A DNA stretch of 64,000 bases, from NCBI GenBank assembly GCA_965248195.1, contig CBDFIQ010000002.1, positions 864,001 through 928,000 on the forward strand. Direction: 5' to 3'. Made by a program: the position numbers and the translations under genes. Below are positions 40,968 to 51,601 of the stretch, piece by piece. The stretch comes from Longimicrobiales bacterium. Its GTDB lineage: Bacteria > Gemmatimonadota > Gemmatimonadetes > Longimicrobiales > Gaopeijiaceae. Positions within the stretch are counted from its first letter, which is position 1. Each line of letters begins with the position of its first letter. The notes beneath the pieces are model-generated. The model was not told the DNA's origin. It ran no database searches and was given only the letters and a program-made list of their open reading frames with translations.

Positions 40968-41942
40968 ATGTCAGATTCCATCTTGGTCACCGGCGGTGCG
41001 GGCTTCATCGGTTCACACCTGGTGGAGCGCCTGCTCGAGGCGGGGAATACTGTCTTCGTGGTGGACGACCTGTCCACGGGCAGCCTGGACAACCTCGCCG
41101 AGGTCCGTGACGACCCGTCGCTCCACCTGATCGTCGATTCCATCCTGAACTGGCCGATGATGAAGGACACCATCGGCCAGGTCGATCGTGTCGTGCATCT
41201 GGCCGCCGCGGTGGGAGTCAGAAAGATCATCGAGGCCCCGGTCGAGACCATCACGACCAACGTCCGGGGGACGGAGATCGTCCTGGACTGTTGTGACAAG
41301 CACGGTACGCCGCTGTATGTAGCCTCGACATCCGAGATCTACGGGAAAGGCGGCGACCAACTCGATGAAGAGCACGATCGGGTGATGGGAAGCACCGCGC
41401 ACCGGCGGTGGTCCTACGCCTGTACCAAGGCCTTGGACGAGTTCCTGGCGTTGGCTTACCACCAGGAAAACGGGTTGCCGGTCATTCTGGGGCGGTTCTT
41501 CAACACCGTGGGTCCGAGGCAGAGTGGTGAGTGGGGCATGGTGGTTCCTACGTTCGTGACGCAGGCCCTGGCGGGCGATCCCATCACGGTCTACGGCCGT
41601 GGGGATCAGCGGCGCTCGTTCTGCCATGTGGACGATTCGGTGCGGGCTGTGCTCGGCCTCCTCGACGCACCCGGCGCCGTTGGCCAAGCGTTCAACATCG
41701 GCAACGAGCACGAGATCACGATCATGGAGCTGGCGGAGCGCGTAAGAGATCGAGTCGGATCGGCGTCCGAGATCGTGGTGGTGCCGTACGACGAGGCGTA
41801 CGGCGAGGGCTTCGAGGACATGGAACGCAGGCAGCCGGACATTGGCAAGATTCGTGGCCTACTCGGGTGGGAGCCCGAGAGGTCGATGGGTCAGATTATC
41901 GATGATGTGGTGGCCTACTATGGCTCCCGGGTGCAGGCGTGA
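40968..41942 (+). CDS. NAD-dependent nucleotide-sugar epimerase/dehydratase
   Basis: GGAGFIG, STSEIYG, YACTK, RFFNTVGPRQ. Confidence 0.88.
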   Translation: MSDSILVTGGAGFIGSHLVERLLEAGNTVFVVDDLSTGSLDNLAEVRDDPSLHLIVDSILNWPMMKDTIGQVDRVVHLAAAVGVRKIIEAPVETITTNVRGTEIVLDCCDKHGTPLYVASTSEIYGKGGDQLDEEHDRVMGSTAHRRWSYACTKALDEFLALAYHQENGLPVILGRFFNTVGPRQSGEWGMVVPTFVTQALAGDPITVYGRGDQRRSFCHVDDSVRAVLGLLDAPGAVGQAFNIGNEHEITIMELAERVRDRVGSASEIVVVPYDEAYGEGFEDMERRQPDIGKIRGLLGWEPERSMGQIIDDVVAYYGSRVQA

Positions 41943-42109
41943 TCGTCCCACTCGGCCTTTACATCGGACAGGTAGGACTCCCGAAATCCTTGACCCGAAG
42001 CCGGTGATTGGTAGCTTCTTCATCGAAGATCCACGTTCCCTTCCGACCCCACCCGAAGCACTCTCCTGATGATGATCTTCTTGCGGGGCTGTGTGCCCCC
42101 TGTAGTGCC

Positions 42110-43837
42110 ATGACCGAGCATCTGATTGCCCCTCACGGTGGTGAGCTCACACAACTGATCGTACCACCGGAGCGCGCCTCCGAGCTGCAGGAGGCCTCAC
42201 GGGATTGGCCCTCCTGGGACCTTACGGCCCGCCAAGTGTGCGACCTCGAGTTGCTCATGAACGGTGGATTCTCACCTCTCACGGGATTCATGATGTCGGC
42301 CGAATACGGGAGCGTGTGCGAGAGCATGCGGTTGGCGGACAGCACGCTCTGGCCGATTCCCATCACCCTCGATGTCGACGAAGCCTGTGCGGAAGAACTC
42401 GAGTCCGGCTCTCCCGTGGCTCTGCGTGACCCCGAAGGCGTCATGCTTGCGGTGCTCCACGTCGAAGAGATCTGGCGTGCCGACCGGGTGCAGGAGGCCG
42501 AACAGGTGTTCGGTACGGCCAACCCGGAGCATCCCGGCGCCGCATCCCTGTTGGAGGGGTCGAACCCCGTGTACGTGGGGGGCCGCGTCGAGGGTGTGCA
42601 ACGCCCCAGCCACTACGACTTCCGCGAGCTTCGCAGCACTCCTCTGGAGCTCCGTCACGACTTTGCCCGGTTGGGATGGCGGAAGATCGTCGCGTTCCAG
42701 ACCCGAAACCCCATGCACCGTGCCCATCAGGAGTTGACGCTCCGGGCCGCGAAGCAGGTCGGCGCGAATCTCCTGATCCATCCCGTCGTAGGCATGACCA
42801 AACCCGGCGACGTAGACCACTTCACACGGGTTCGGTGCTATGAGGCGCTTTTGGGCACCTACCCTCAATTCACGGCCAAGCTTGCGCTGCTCAATCTGGC
42901 GATGCGGATGGCGGGACCGAGGGAGGCGCTCTGGCACGCCATCATCCGGAAGAACCACGGTTGCACCCACCTGATTGTGGGGAGGGATCATGCCGGCCCG
43001 GGGAGCGACTCGTCCGGGACGCCGTTTTACGGGCCGTACGACGCGCAGGAGTTGATGAGCGAGCACGAGCGTGAGCTGGGGGTCCAGATGGTCCCGTTCA
43101 GACTCATGGTGTACGTCCAGGACCGGGCCGAGTACATGCCGGTGAACGAGGTCCCGGAGGGCGTCGAGCCGAAGTCTATTTCGGGCACTGAGCTTCGTGA
43201 CCGCCTGGCGGACGGTCGGGACATTCCGGACTGGTTCACCTTTCCGGACGTGGAGCGGGAGTTGCGTAAGAGCCATCCACCCCGGCACCGGCAGGGATTC
43301 ACGGTCTTCTTCACCGGGCTTTCGGGGTCGGGAAAGTCGACGGTCGCCAACGTGCTCCGCGTCAAGCTGCTGGAGATGGGCGGCCGGCCCATCACGCTTC
43401 TGGATGGCGACGTCGTACGCCAGAACCTCTCTTCGGAGCTCGGCTTCAGCAAAGAGCACCGCGATCTGAACATCCGGCGCATCGGGTACGTGGCCTCGGA
43501 AATCACGAAGGCGGGCGGGATCGCGATCTGTGCCCCGATCGCGCCGTATGCCGCGATCAGAAAAGCGAACCGTAAGATGATTTCCGCCCTGGGTGGATAC
43601 ATTCTCGTCCACCTCGCCACTCCCCTCGAAGTCTGTGAGCAGCGGGACCGCAAAGGACTCTACGCCAAGGCACGCGCCGGCATCATCAAGGAGTTCACCG
43701 GGATCTCGGATCCATACGAGGCGCCCCAGCATCCCGCCGTACGCATCGATACGACCGACATCTCGCCCGAGGAAGCGGCTCAGCAGATCTTTCTGCATCT
43801 GGAGAAAGAAGGGTACATTGGGGCGGGGGCGCCGTGA
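42110..43837 (+). CDS. sat-cysC: Bifunctional sulfate adenylyltransferase / adenylylsulfate kinase
   Basis: FQTRNPMHRAH, VGRDHAG; C-terminal GLSGSGKST, LLDGD, FTGISDPYE. Confidence 0.93.
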   Translation: MTEHLIAPHGGELTQLIVPPERASELQEASRDWPSWDLTARQVCDLELLMNGGFSPLTGFMMSAEYGSVCESMRLADSTLWPIPITLDVDEACAEELESGSPVALRDPEGVMLAVLHVEEIWRADRVQEAEQVFGTANPEHPGAASLLEGSNPVYVGGRVEGVQRPSHYDFRELRSTPLELRHDFARLGWRKIVAFQTRNPMHRAHQELTLRAAKQVGANLLIHPVVGMTKPGDVDHFTRVRCYEALLGTYPQFTAKLALLNLAMRMAGPREALWHAIIRKNHGCTHLIVGRDHAGPGSDSSGTPFYGPYDAQELMSEHERELGVQMVPFRLMVYVQDRAEYMPVNEVPEGVEPKSISGTELRDRLADGRDIPDWFTFPDVERELRKSHPPRHRQGFTVFFTGLSGSGKSTVANVLRVKLLEMGGRPITLLDGDVVRQNLSSELGFSKEHRDLNIRRIGYVASEITKAGGIAICAPIAPYAAIRKANRKMISALGGYILVHLATPLEVCEQRDRKGLYAKARAGIIKEFTGISDPYEAPQHPAVRIDTTDISPEEAAQQIFLHLEKEGYIGAGAP

Positions 43838-43924
43838 GGGGGTCATCGCTCCGATCAAGTAGGCCCCTGGCTCTCCCAACGACACTCCAGGGCCTCGTGT
43901 GACGCCACCAGGTGGCTGTACATT

Positions 43925-44190
43925 CCCAATGAGGCGCACGCGGTCGCGAAGATTGTGGGAATCAAGATGTGCGAGGCGTACCGCCGGCAGCACGCGCGTA
44001 ACTTCATCAGTGCCATGCCCACCAACCTGTACCGTCCGGAGGACAACTTCGATCTCGAAACATCCTATGTGCTGCATGGCCCTCAGTTGTGCTGCATGGC
44101 CCTCAGTCGTGCTTCATGGCCCTCAGTTGTGCTTCATGGCCCTCAGTCACTGGAAAACGTCTGGCGCCGCAGCGGGAGGCCACGTTACGT
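43925..44190 (+). pseudogene. fcl: GDP-L-fucose synthase remnant
   Basis: [46 protein letters not shown] matches the Fcl core; the YxxxK Tyr is replaced by His; both ends missing. Confidence 0.75.
44069..44148 (+). repeat. 4 x 20-bp tandem repeat inside the fcl remnant
   Basis: gtgctKcatggccctcagtY units. Confidence 0.9.
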
Positions 44191-44337
44191 TATCCGGGTC
44201 GGTGATCCGGATAACGGCAATATGCTTCCGGGTCACGCCTTCCCAGGTCCAAGATGCGGGGAGCTTCTTGGCATGGAGAGGCTGGCTCACGTTTCTGGAT
44301 TGCAAGAGACCCCAATGAGATTATACCGTACCTCGTG

Positions 44338-45852
44338 ATGAGGGCTGAGTTGCAGGATCCCCCCGGGCAGGCTCCATCCTCGGTCGCGGAAACACCTGAT
44401 CTCTGGGCGGATGCTCCGGACGGGCTTCGACGGGCTGTACAGAATCAGGCCCCGGGCCGACTCAAGCGGCACGGTGTACGTGATGCACTTCGATTCGCTG
44501 CTTTGCTCTCTGTTGATGGCCTGGCGTTTCTGATTACCCGCACAGTTCTTCACTTTCTGCGCGTCGAGGGTCCGTTGACCGCGGTAAGGGACATCTTTCC
44601 GAGATCATACCTTGGCGGTCTTCAGTTTGCCGTCGCCCTCTTCGTATCTTTGCTGGTAGTGGGGGCATACCGGCGCGGGGGTGGGTGGCGGTCCCCCTGG
44701 CGCTGGCTGATGGCCGTGACACTCGCTACGGCTCTTGCTCTTTGGCAGCCGCTATGGACCGAGGACCTCTTGCTGGTTTCCGTTCAGTTCGTCGCCACGG
44801 TCGTGTCGGTCACCCTCGCCCTGGCGGTCCTACGGGGGGCGTTAGCCGTGATGGTTGGCCTTGCTCGGGAGCGGTTCAGCGTTGTGCCCAAAGCGGTGCT
44901 TTTCGGTGACCGTTCGGCGATCGCTCAAGCAACGCGGAGTCCGGTGTTCACTCAGTCTTCGGGCTATCGCGTGGCCCATGAGCTCACGATCGACGGGCCG
45001 GACATAGACAGGGATGCGATCGGCCTTGAGCTCGCGAGCGTGATTCTGGCCACGAAGGCTGATGCAGTATTCCTTCCTGGGACCCTGGATAAGGGGCTGT
45101 TTCAGCAAGTTATCGAAGTCGCACATAGCACGGGTTGTGAACTGATCAGCCTATCGATGGCCTGGAATCTCGGTGGTGTCTACCCTTCGCTCCGAATCTG
45201 TTGTGGTGTGCCCGTGACCTCGCTGACACAGCCTGGTCTCAAGGCACATCAGCTCGTGGTCAAGCGCTTGATGGATATCGTGTGCTCCGGCGTTGGCCTG
45301 ATCCTTATTTCGCCTCTCCTCGTGCTTCTAGCGATCGCCATCAAGGTAACGTCGAAAGGTCCTGTTTTTTTCCGACAGGAGCGAGTCGGTCGCGGAGGAA
45401 AATCGTTCATGATCCTGAAGTTTAGGAGCATGACTCGCGATGCCGAATCGGAGCGAGCGAGTGTTTCGGAGGAGAGCATCTATTCGGATCCGCGGTTATT
45501 CAAGATTCCTGACGATCCACGTATCACGCGCTTTGGGCGATGGCTCAGGCGGACGAGTCTGGATGAACTTCCCCAACTCCTCAATGTGTTGAAGGGGGAT
45601 ATGTCCCTGGTCGGGCCACGACCGCCGATTCCCGAAGAAGTGGACCTGTACGAGAGCCGTCACATGTGCCGTGTGGATGTTCGCCCTGGCATTACCGGGC
45701 CATGGCAGACCGCAGGCCGAAACTCGATACGAGACTTCGAGCGGGTCGTGTTGTTGGAAAAGGCGTATCTCCACAACTGGAGCTTGGCGCTGGATCTGCA
45801 GATACTACTTAACACGGTGCCGGTCGTGCTGAGGCGCACGGGAGCGCACTGA
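44338..45852 (+). CDS. Polyprenyl glycosylphosphotransferase (WcaJ/WbaP-like priming transferase)
   Basis: N-terminal TMs; KRLMDI, KFRSM, DPRIT, SLDELPQL, MSLVGPRP, PGITG. Confidence 0.9.
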   Translation: MRAELQDPPGQAPSSVAETPDLWADAPDGLRRAVQNQAPGRLKRHGVRDALRFAALLSVDGLAFLITRTVLHFLRVEGPLTAVRDIFPRSYLGGLQFAVALFVSLLVVGAYRRGGGWRSPWRWLMAVTLATALALWQPLWTEDLLLVSVQFVATVVSVTLALAVLRGALAVMVGLARERFSVVPKAVLFGDRSAIAQATRSPVFTQSSGYRVAHELTIDGPDIDRDAIGLELASVILATKADAVFLPGTLDKGLFQQVIEVAHSTGCELISLSMAWNLGGVYPSLRICCGVPVTSLTQPGLKAHQLVVKRLMDIVCSGVGLILISPLLVLLAIAIKVTSKGPVFFRQERVGRGGKSFMILKFRSMTRDAESERASVSEESIYSDPRLFKIPDDPRITRFGRWLRRTSLDELPQLLNVLKGDMSLVGPRPPIPEEVDLYESRHMCRVDVRPGITGPWQTAGRNSIRDFERVVLLEKAYLHNWSLALDLQILLNTVPVVLRRTGAH

Positions 45853-46231
45853 CGGGCCATCCAAGACCGCAAGAGTTTCCGCCTCGAACCCGTTCAGCTC
45901 TAATCCAAACTGATTCCGTTGCGTAGGACCATCACCGGCCGTCGCGTCTACCTTGCGCCCCGGAACGCGGCGACGCCCCGAAATGGGAGAAGTAGAAATA
46001 TGTGCGACGAGTCTGGCGAGCCGCTCCGGATGGCTCGGCAGGGGCCGCGACGTGACAGCAGCCAGCGCATCTCACCCAAAATCTCTTAAGATGAGTCCGG
46101 TCTTGAGGTTGCGCGTGAGGGCTTTAGGCACCAAACTACGGTCTCTCCTACGATGGTCTTAATTCCAAACTTGTTATGCGGCTGGTGAACGGGATGCCCA
46201 CGAGCGGTCACACCTGTGCGAGGACCGAGCT

Positions 46232-48196
46232 TTGACACCACCACCGGTGTCTGGCGTCTCCCAACTTCGCTTAGCGACGAAGGCTCGCAAGCTTCTTGCC
46301 CTCACGATCTACGCGGGCGCCGCTGCCGTCTCGTACGCGATCGCCCATCTACTACGATTCGAGTTCCAGTGGCCTCAAGAGCTCACGTCTACGTTTCTCG
46401 TGAGCCTTCCCGTACTCCTTGCAGTGAGAGCCTTCAGCGATTCCGTCTTCAGGATTACCGTAGGGAGCTGGCGATACGTGGGAGTAGGGGATGTCGTACG
46501 CCTCATGGGGGCGACCAGCCTCGGCACGGCGTTGTTCTTCTTCGCGGTCATGCTGATGCCGCTGGACCCCACCGTGCCGCGATCCATCATCCTCCTGGAG
46601 TGGGTGCTCACCATCTATCTCACGGCAGGCATCTGGATCACGTACCGGCTGGCCCACGAGCTTCGCCGTCAACGAAACGGCTCGAATGGCCCGCGCGTTG
46701 CCGCCCTGATCGTTGGTGCCGGCGAGGCGGGCAGTGGGCTGGTCAGGGAAATGCTCCGGCGGTCCACCGGATACCGCCCTATCGGCTTCGTGGACGACCA
46801 TTCTTTCACCTGGGGAACCACGGTCCATGGGGTGGAGGTGATGGGGTCGACCGAGGATCTCCCTGCCATCGCGGAGCAATTGGGGGCACAGGAGATCGTG
46901 GTGGCGATACCGTCAGCGGAGCCTGACGATCTCCGCCGCATCGTGGAATCGTGCCAGGCGACCGACCTCCCCACCAAGGTTCTTCCGGGGATCGCCGAGG
47001 TGTTCGCAGGGGAAGCGAAGATCGACCTCCTGAGGGAGGTGCAGATCGAGGATCTCCTCGGAAGAGCGCCGATCGAATTGGAGTTACCTGAGCTGGCTGA
47101 GGATCTCCAGGGACGTTGCGTCCTCGTGACCGGAGCAGCCGGATCCATCGGGTCGGAGTTGGTTCGTCAGGTGGCGGTCCATGGACCGGAGCGCATCATC
47201 CTCTACGACCAGGCGGAGACGGACCTGTACCACCTCGAGTTGGAGCTGAAGGACGAGTATCAGGATCTCGAGATCGTTCCCACCGTCGCCGACATCTTGG
47301 ATTCGAGCGCCCTCGATGGGGTATTCCGGAAGTACAGGCCAAGCCGAGTCTTCCACGCCGCCGCCTACAAGCACGTGCCGTTGATGCAGTGCAACCCCCG
47401 GGAGGCGGTCCGGAACAACGTGATCGGTACCATGCGGGTCGCCGACGCCGCGGGCCGGTTCGGAGCCGGCAAGTTCGTGTTGATCTCCACCGATAAGGCG
47501 GTTCGGCCTACGAGCGTGATGGGTGCAACGAAGCGCCTAGCCGAACTGGTGACGCTGCGGAGTCAGCAGAATTTTCCTTCCACCTGGTTCGTCGCCGTGC
47601 GGTTCGGCAACGTGCTCGGAAGCCGGGGTAGCGTCATTCCTCTGTTTCAAAAGCAGCTCGAAGACGGTAGGCCGTTGACGGTCACACATGCTGACATCCA
47701 GCGCTTCTTCATGACGATTCCGGAAGCGACACAGCTCGTCCTTCAGTCCTCGGTGCTCCCGGAGGCCAGAGGGAGGATCGTCATGCTCGAGATGGGGGAG
47801 CCGATCCGGATATTGGACCTCGCGCGGAAGTTGATCCGTCTTTCCGGGCGGAGGGAGGGTGTCGATGCCGAGGTCGAGTTCATCGGACTGCGCCCGGGGG
47901 AGAAGATGTCGGAGGAGCTGACCGCACCGAACGAGGTGACCGTGCCCACCTCCATCGACAAGATTTTCGTCGTGCAGACCGATGTGAGTGACGAGACGCT
48001 CGAGTTGCTCGAGCCGTTTACGGCCGCGGTAGAAGGTGGTGCCAACGGTCTCGGACCGGACTCCATCCGGCGAGTCCTCAGCGAGCTCGTTTCGGGCGTT
48101 GAGGTTCACTTGAAGCGACCGGCCGAAGACGAAAGCATCGAGTTCGCCTCGAGACAATCGGATGGCGTGCCCGAGCTCCTATCTGAGCAGGCGTGA
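46232..48196 (+). CDS. CapD/PglF/WbpM-like UDP-HexNAc 4,6-dehydratase, paralogue 1
   Basis: TGAAGSIGSE, HAAAYKHVP, STDKAV, MGATKR, RFGNVLGS. Confidence 0.9.
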   Translation: MTPPPVSGVSQLRLATKARKLLALTIYAGAAAVSYAIAHLLRFEFQWPQELTSTFLVSLPVLLAVRAFSDSVFRITVGSWRYVGVGDVVRLMGATSLGTALFFFAVMLMPLDPTVPRSIILLEWVLTIYLTAGIWITYRLAHELRRQRNGSNGPRVAALIVGAGEAGSGLVREMLRRSTGYRPIGFVDDHSFTWGTTVHGVEVMGSTEDLPAIAEQLGAQEIVVAIPSAEPDDLRRIVESCQATDLPTKVLPGIAEVFAGEAKIDLLREVQIEDLLGRAPIELELPELAEDLQGRCVLVTGAAGSIGSELVRQVAVHGPERIILYDQAETDLYHLELELKDEYQDLEIVPTVADILDSSALDGVFRKYRPSRVFHAAAYKHVPLMQCNPREAVRNNVIGTMRVADAAGRFGAGKFVLISTDKAVRPTSVMGATKRLAELVTLRSQQNFPSTWFVAVRFGNVLGSRGSVIPLFQKQLEDGRPLTVTHADIQRFFMTIPEATQLVLQSSVLPEARGRIVMLEMGEPIRILDLARKLIRLSGRREGVDAEVEFIGLRPGEKMSEELTAPNEVTVPTSIDKIFVVQTDVSDETLELLEPFTAAVEGGANGLGPDSIRRVLSELVSGVEVHLKRPAEDESIEFASRQSDGVPELLSEQA

Positions 48197-48398
48197 TCCG
48201 GCGATGTGTGTCGGGCGGGTGTCGAGGCTGCGGTTCGTTCGCTATCTTGCACCTCGCCCTCCAGGCTCGACCGATATCCCAACCTTTGCTGATTGGCATC
48301 AGGATACTTATGCGCAACCCGAATCGACCGTGCGGACTCTCGCCTAGAAATCGAAGTAACACCCTCTCGCCTGGATACTGCCGGCTGGGAGAGTTCGA

Positions 48399-49220
48399 AT
48401 GAAGTCCGAGCAGCAGCTCTCTCGCCTGGATGCCGAGCTCGTCGACGCGCCGCCGATTCCCAAGGCTCCGCCGGCCGCCGGCCGGCCAGCTGTCCTTCTG
48501 AACGGCCCCACAGCCAATGGGCACCCGGATGGCACGGTGGCGCCGGCCAGGCTCGAGTCGGAGATCATAGACTGGGATGCATGTCTCCCGGAGCGTGCAG
48601 GTACTCTCCGTTGGCGGGTGGCTCAGCGGGTCAAACGAGCCATGGATATAGTAATCGCATTCGTCGCGCTGGTTATCCTACTTCCTGTGTTTCTGGTCAT
48701 CGTATCGCTTATCCTATTGACGTCGCGAGGACCCGCGCTCTACCGATGGCGAGTGCTCGGGTACCGAGGCCGGCCCTTCCAGGGATACAAGTTCCGCTTG
48801 ATGGTTATGAATGCGGACGACCTCAGGGATAGCGTCGCCCATCTGAACCACATGAACGGACCGGCGTTCAAGATCCGAAACGATCCCCGCGTCACCCGCC
48901 TGGGCCATTGGCTACGAACGTACAGCATCGATGAGTTCCCTCAGCTCTGGAGCGTGCTCAAGGGCGACATGAGCCTGGTGGGCCCCCGGCCCCCGTTTGC
49001 CGAAGAGTTCCAGGCCTTCGCGGACTGGCATCGAGCCAAGCTCGCGGTAAAGCCCGGGATCACGTGCCTGTGGCAGATCCTGGGTCGCTCGGACATTCAC
49101 GATTTCGACGAGTGGGCAAGGCTCGATCTCAAGTACATCGAGAAGTGGAGCCTTTGGCTCGACTTCAAGATCCTCGTCAGGACGATCCCGGCCGTCATTC
49201 GGGGTCACGGGGCGTACTGA
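48399..49220 (+). CDS. Bacterial sugar transferase (short priming-transferase form)
   Basis: KRAMDI, DPRVT, SIDEFPQL, MSLVGPRP, KPGITCLWQ. Confidence 0.88.
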   Translation: MKSEQQLSRLDAELVDAPPIPKAPPAAGRPAVLLNGPTANGHPDGTVAPARLESEIIDWDACLPERAGTLRWRVAQRVKRAMDIVIAFVALVILLPVFLVIVSLILLTSRGPALYRWRVLGYRGRPFQGYKFRLMVMNADDLRDSVAHLNHMNGPAFKIRNDPRVTRLGHWLRTYSIDEFPQLWSVLKGDMSLVGPRPPFAEEFQAFADWHRAKLAVKPGITCLWQILGRSDIHDFDEWARLDLKYIEKWSLWLDFKILVRTIPAVIRGHGAY

Positions 49221-49272
49221 GCGGGCAGGAGGCCGGACTTCGAGGTGGGTGCTCCCACTTCTTCCAACGTCC

Positions 49273-49480
49273 TATTGGGGGTTCGCCCCCGACTACGTTC
49301 GAGCCATGTGGTCGATGCTACAAGCTGACGAGCCTGGTTCCCTTTTCCGCCCTGCAGAAGTTGATCTCCGGATCGCGGATGTGAGCCAGAGCCCAACAGG
49401 ATCTCGGTTGGGAACCCCAATGCACTTTCGAGGAGATGATTCGGGGTATGGTGGAGGCGGACGTTGGACGGGTCAACTGA
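49273..49480 (+). pseudogene. gmd: GDP-mannose 4,6-dehydratase C-terminal remnant
   Basis: WGFAPDYVRAMWSMLQADEP / FRPAEVDL / (frameshift) LGWEPQCTFEEMIRGMVEAD; internal deletion; 5' part missing. Confidence 0.75.
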
Positions 49481-49489
49481 CATAGAGGC

Positions 49490-50452
49490 ATGAGGGTCTT
49501 AGTCACCGGTGCCAATGGCTTCGTTGGCCAGAAGCTCGTCCCTTTTCTCCTGCGAAGACATCACACGGTGATCGCAGCGCATCTACCCGGCGAAGACGCA
49601 GCTCGCCTGGCCAGCTCGGGCGCTACGACTGTGCCAATGGACTTGCGGAGCGCGTTGTCGATCCGCAGAGCCCTCGGCGCCCACCCTGATGCTGTGGTGC
49701 ATCTCGCCGCAGTGGCATCCGGCGGCGTCGCGAGGATTGATCCAGGCCTGGCTTGGGAGATCAACGCTGCGGGAACCGCACGAATCCTCGATGAAGTCAC
49801 GAAAGCCAGCAGTGGCCGTTCGACGCTGACTCGTTTTCTTCTGGCCTCCTCGATCGAGGTATACGGAGCAGGTGAGCCGAGGCCTCGCCGAGAGACCGAT
49901 CCGATCAACCCTTCTTCACCTTACGCTGCGTCCAAGCGTGGGGCTGAACTCGCATGTCTCGAGACATCGCTTCGTACAGGCCTGCCCGTCGTGATCGCAC
50001 GAACCACCAACCACACCGGCGCGGGTCAGGATGCACAATATTTTGTCCCGGCTTTTGTCGATCGAATCACCAGGGCAAAGGCGGCGGGTGAGGCCGTGGT
50101 TCGGTCGGGGAACCTCGAACCTGTTCGTGACTTTCTCGACGTCGCTGACGTGGTGCGAGCCTACGTCGCACTCCTAGAGCGCGACGACCTAGTTGGCATC
50201 TTCAACGTGAGTTCCGGGGTCGGACGTCGCCTGGCGGACGTTGTGAGCCTCATCGCGGAGTTGGTTGATGCCGATGTGCGGGTTCGGCGGGACCCCGCTC
50301 TCGAGCGATCAGCAGACATCCCGCACTTGGTTGGAGACAACAGTAGGCTGGTGGGCGAAATTGGTTGGGGTCCGAAAGTGGAACTCGAAGAGACACTCCG
50401 AACGATGATTGAACAGGCGACGATCGAAGCCTCGTCACGGACGCGAGAGTGA
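49490..50452 (+). CDS. GDP-4-keto-6-deoxy-mannose reductase-like extended SDR (Rmd-like)
   Basis: GANGFVG, PYAASK, NHTGAGQ, GNLEPVRDFLDVADVV; directly follows the gmd remnant. Confidence 0.7.
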   Translation: MRVLVTGANGFVGQKLVPFLLRRHHTVIAAHLPGEDAARLASSGATTVPMDLRSALSIRRALGAHPDAVVHLAAVASGGVARIDPGLAWEINAAGTARILDEVTKASSGRSTLTRFLLASSIEVYGAGEPRPRRETDPINPSSPYAASKRGAELACLETSLRTGLPVVIARTTNHTGAGQDAQYFVPAFVDRITRAKAAGEAVVRSGNLEPVRDFLDVADVVRAYVALLERDDLVGIFNVSSGVGRRLADVVSLIAELVDADVRVRRDPALERSADIPHLVGDNSRLVGEIGWGPKVELEETLRTMIEQATIEASSRTRE

Positions 50453-51601
50453 CGCCGAGAACTCCTCCCAGGCCGCTTCCATGAATCCGCCCAGCTCTTC
50501 ACGGAAGCGTTCGGGACCAAAGCGCTCAGCATTGAGCCTGCAGTTCGCGGCACAGACTCGCCCCGGATCCTCTTCCAGCGTTCGGATCGCTTCCCGCAAC
50601 GCAGTTACCGATCGCTCCTTGAAGAAGACACCAGAGGGTGCCGGATCATCGAGACCCCGTATCGTCTCCAGAGCCGCGCCTCGTCCATAGGCCACGACCG
50701 GTGTGCCGCAGGCCTGAGCTTCGAGGGGAGCGATCCCGAAATCCTCTTCGGCTGCGAATATGAAACCGCGGGCAGTTTGTAAGTGACTCCACAATACCGA
50801 GAACGGCTGTCGGCCAAGGTAGCGGACATTCGAAGGGAGATCCTTCAGGAGTTGCTTACGCATCGGGCCATCGCCGATCACCACAAGTCGCCGCTCAGGC
50901 ATCTCTCGAAACACCTCCACCAGGAACCCGACTCGTTTGTAAGGTGCTAGGCGTCCCGCCGTAACGTAGAAATCACCTCGAGCTGCCTCCTCACCCGGTA
51001 CGAATGATGATATGTCAACCGGTGGGTAGATCACCGTTGAGTTGCGTCCGTACGCTTTGGTGATCCTGCTCGAGATGAACTCGGAGATCGCGATGAAGTG
51101 GTCCACACCGTTCGCTGTCCTGGCGTCCCAGATCCTGATTCTGTGGAGAAGGCTCCGGGCGAGCATCCCGCGTAGCCCACGGTCGAGGCCGGCCTCCTTC
51201 AGGTACTGATCCTGGAGATCCCATGCATACCGGATTGGGGAAAGGCAAATGCAGACGTGTAGCTGCTCAGGACCCGTTAGCACTCCCTTCGCAACCGCAT
51301 GCGAATTCGAAATCACGAGGTCATACTCACGGAGATCGAACTGCTCGATGGCAAATGGCATTAACGGTAGGTAGCTTCTATAGTGCCTCTTGGCGAAGGG
51401 CATCCGCTGCAGGAAGGAGTGATGCGTGGGCCGCCCCTCGAGAAGCCGTCGGTCCTCCGGGTCCAGAAAGTCCACGAGGGTATAGACGTCGGCCTGGGGA
51501 AACACCTTTAGGGTGTGCTCCAGGACCCGTTCTGCACCTGCATAGGTCACAAGCCAGTCGTGAACGAGTGCAACCCGAAGTGAGGCCATTGGCGATTTCA
51601 T
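50435..51601 (-). CDS. Glycosyltransferase family 4 (WbaZ-like, possible mannosyltransferase)
   Basis: VHDWL..YAGAERV, SHAVAKG, EDFGIAPLEAQACG. Confidence 0.88.
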   Translation of the reverse strand: MKSPMASLRVALVHDWLVTYAGAERVLEHTLKVFPQADVYTLVDFLDPEDRRLLEGRPTHHSFLQRMPFAKRHYRSYLPLMPFAIEQFDLREYDLVISNSHAVAKGVLTGPEQLHVCICLSPIRYAWDLQDQYLKEAGLDRGLRGMLARSLLHRIRIWDARTANGVDHFIAISEFISSRITKAYGRNSTVIYPPVDISSFVPGEEAARGDFYVTAGRLAPYKRVGFLVEVFREMPERRLVVIGDGPMRKQLLKDLPSNVRYLGRQPFSVLWSHLQTARGFIFAAEEDFGIAPLEAQACGTPVVAYGRGAALETIRGLDDPAPSGVFFKERSVTALREAIRTLEEDPGRVCAANCRLNAERFGPERFREELGGFMEAAWEEFSASLSRP

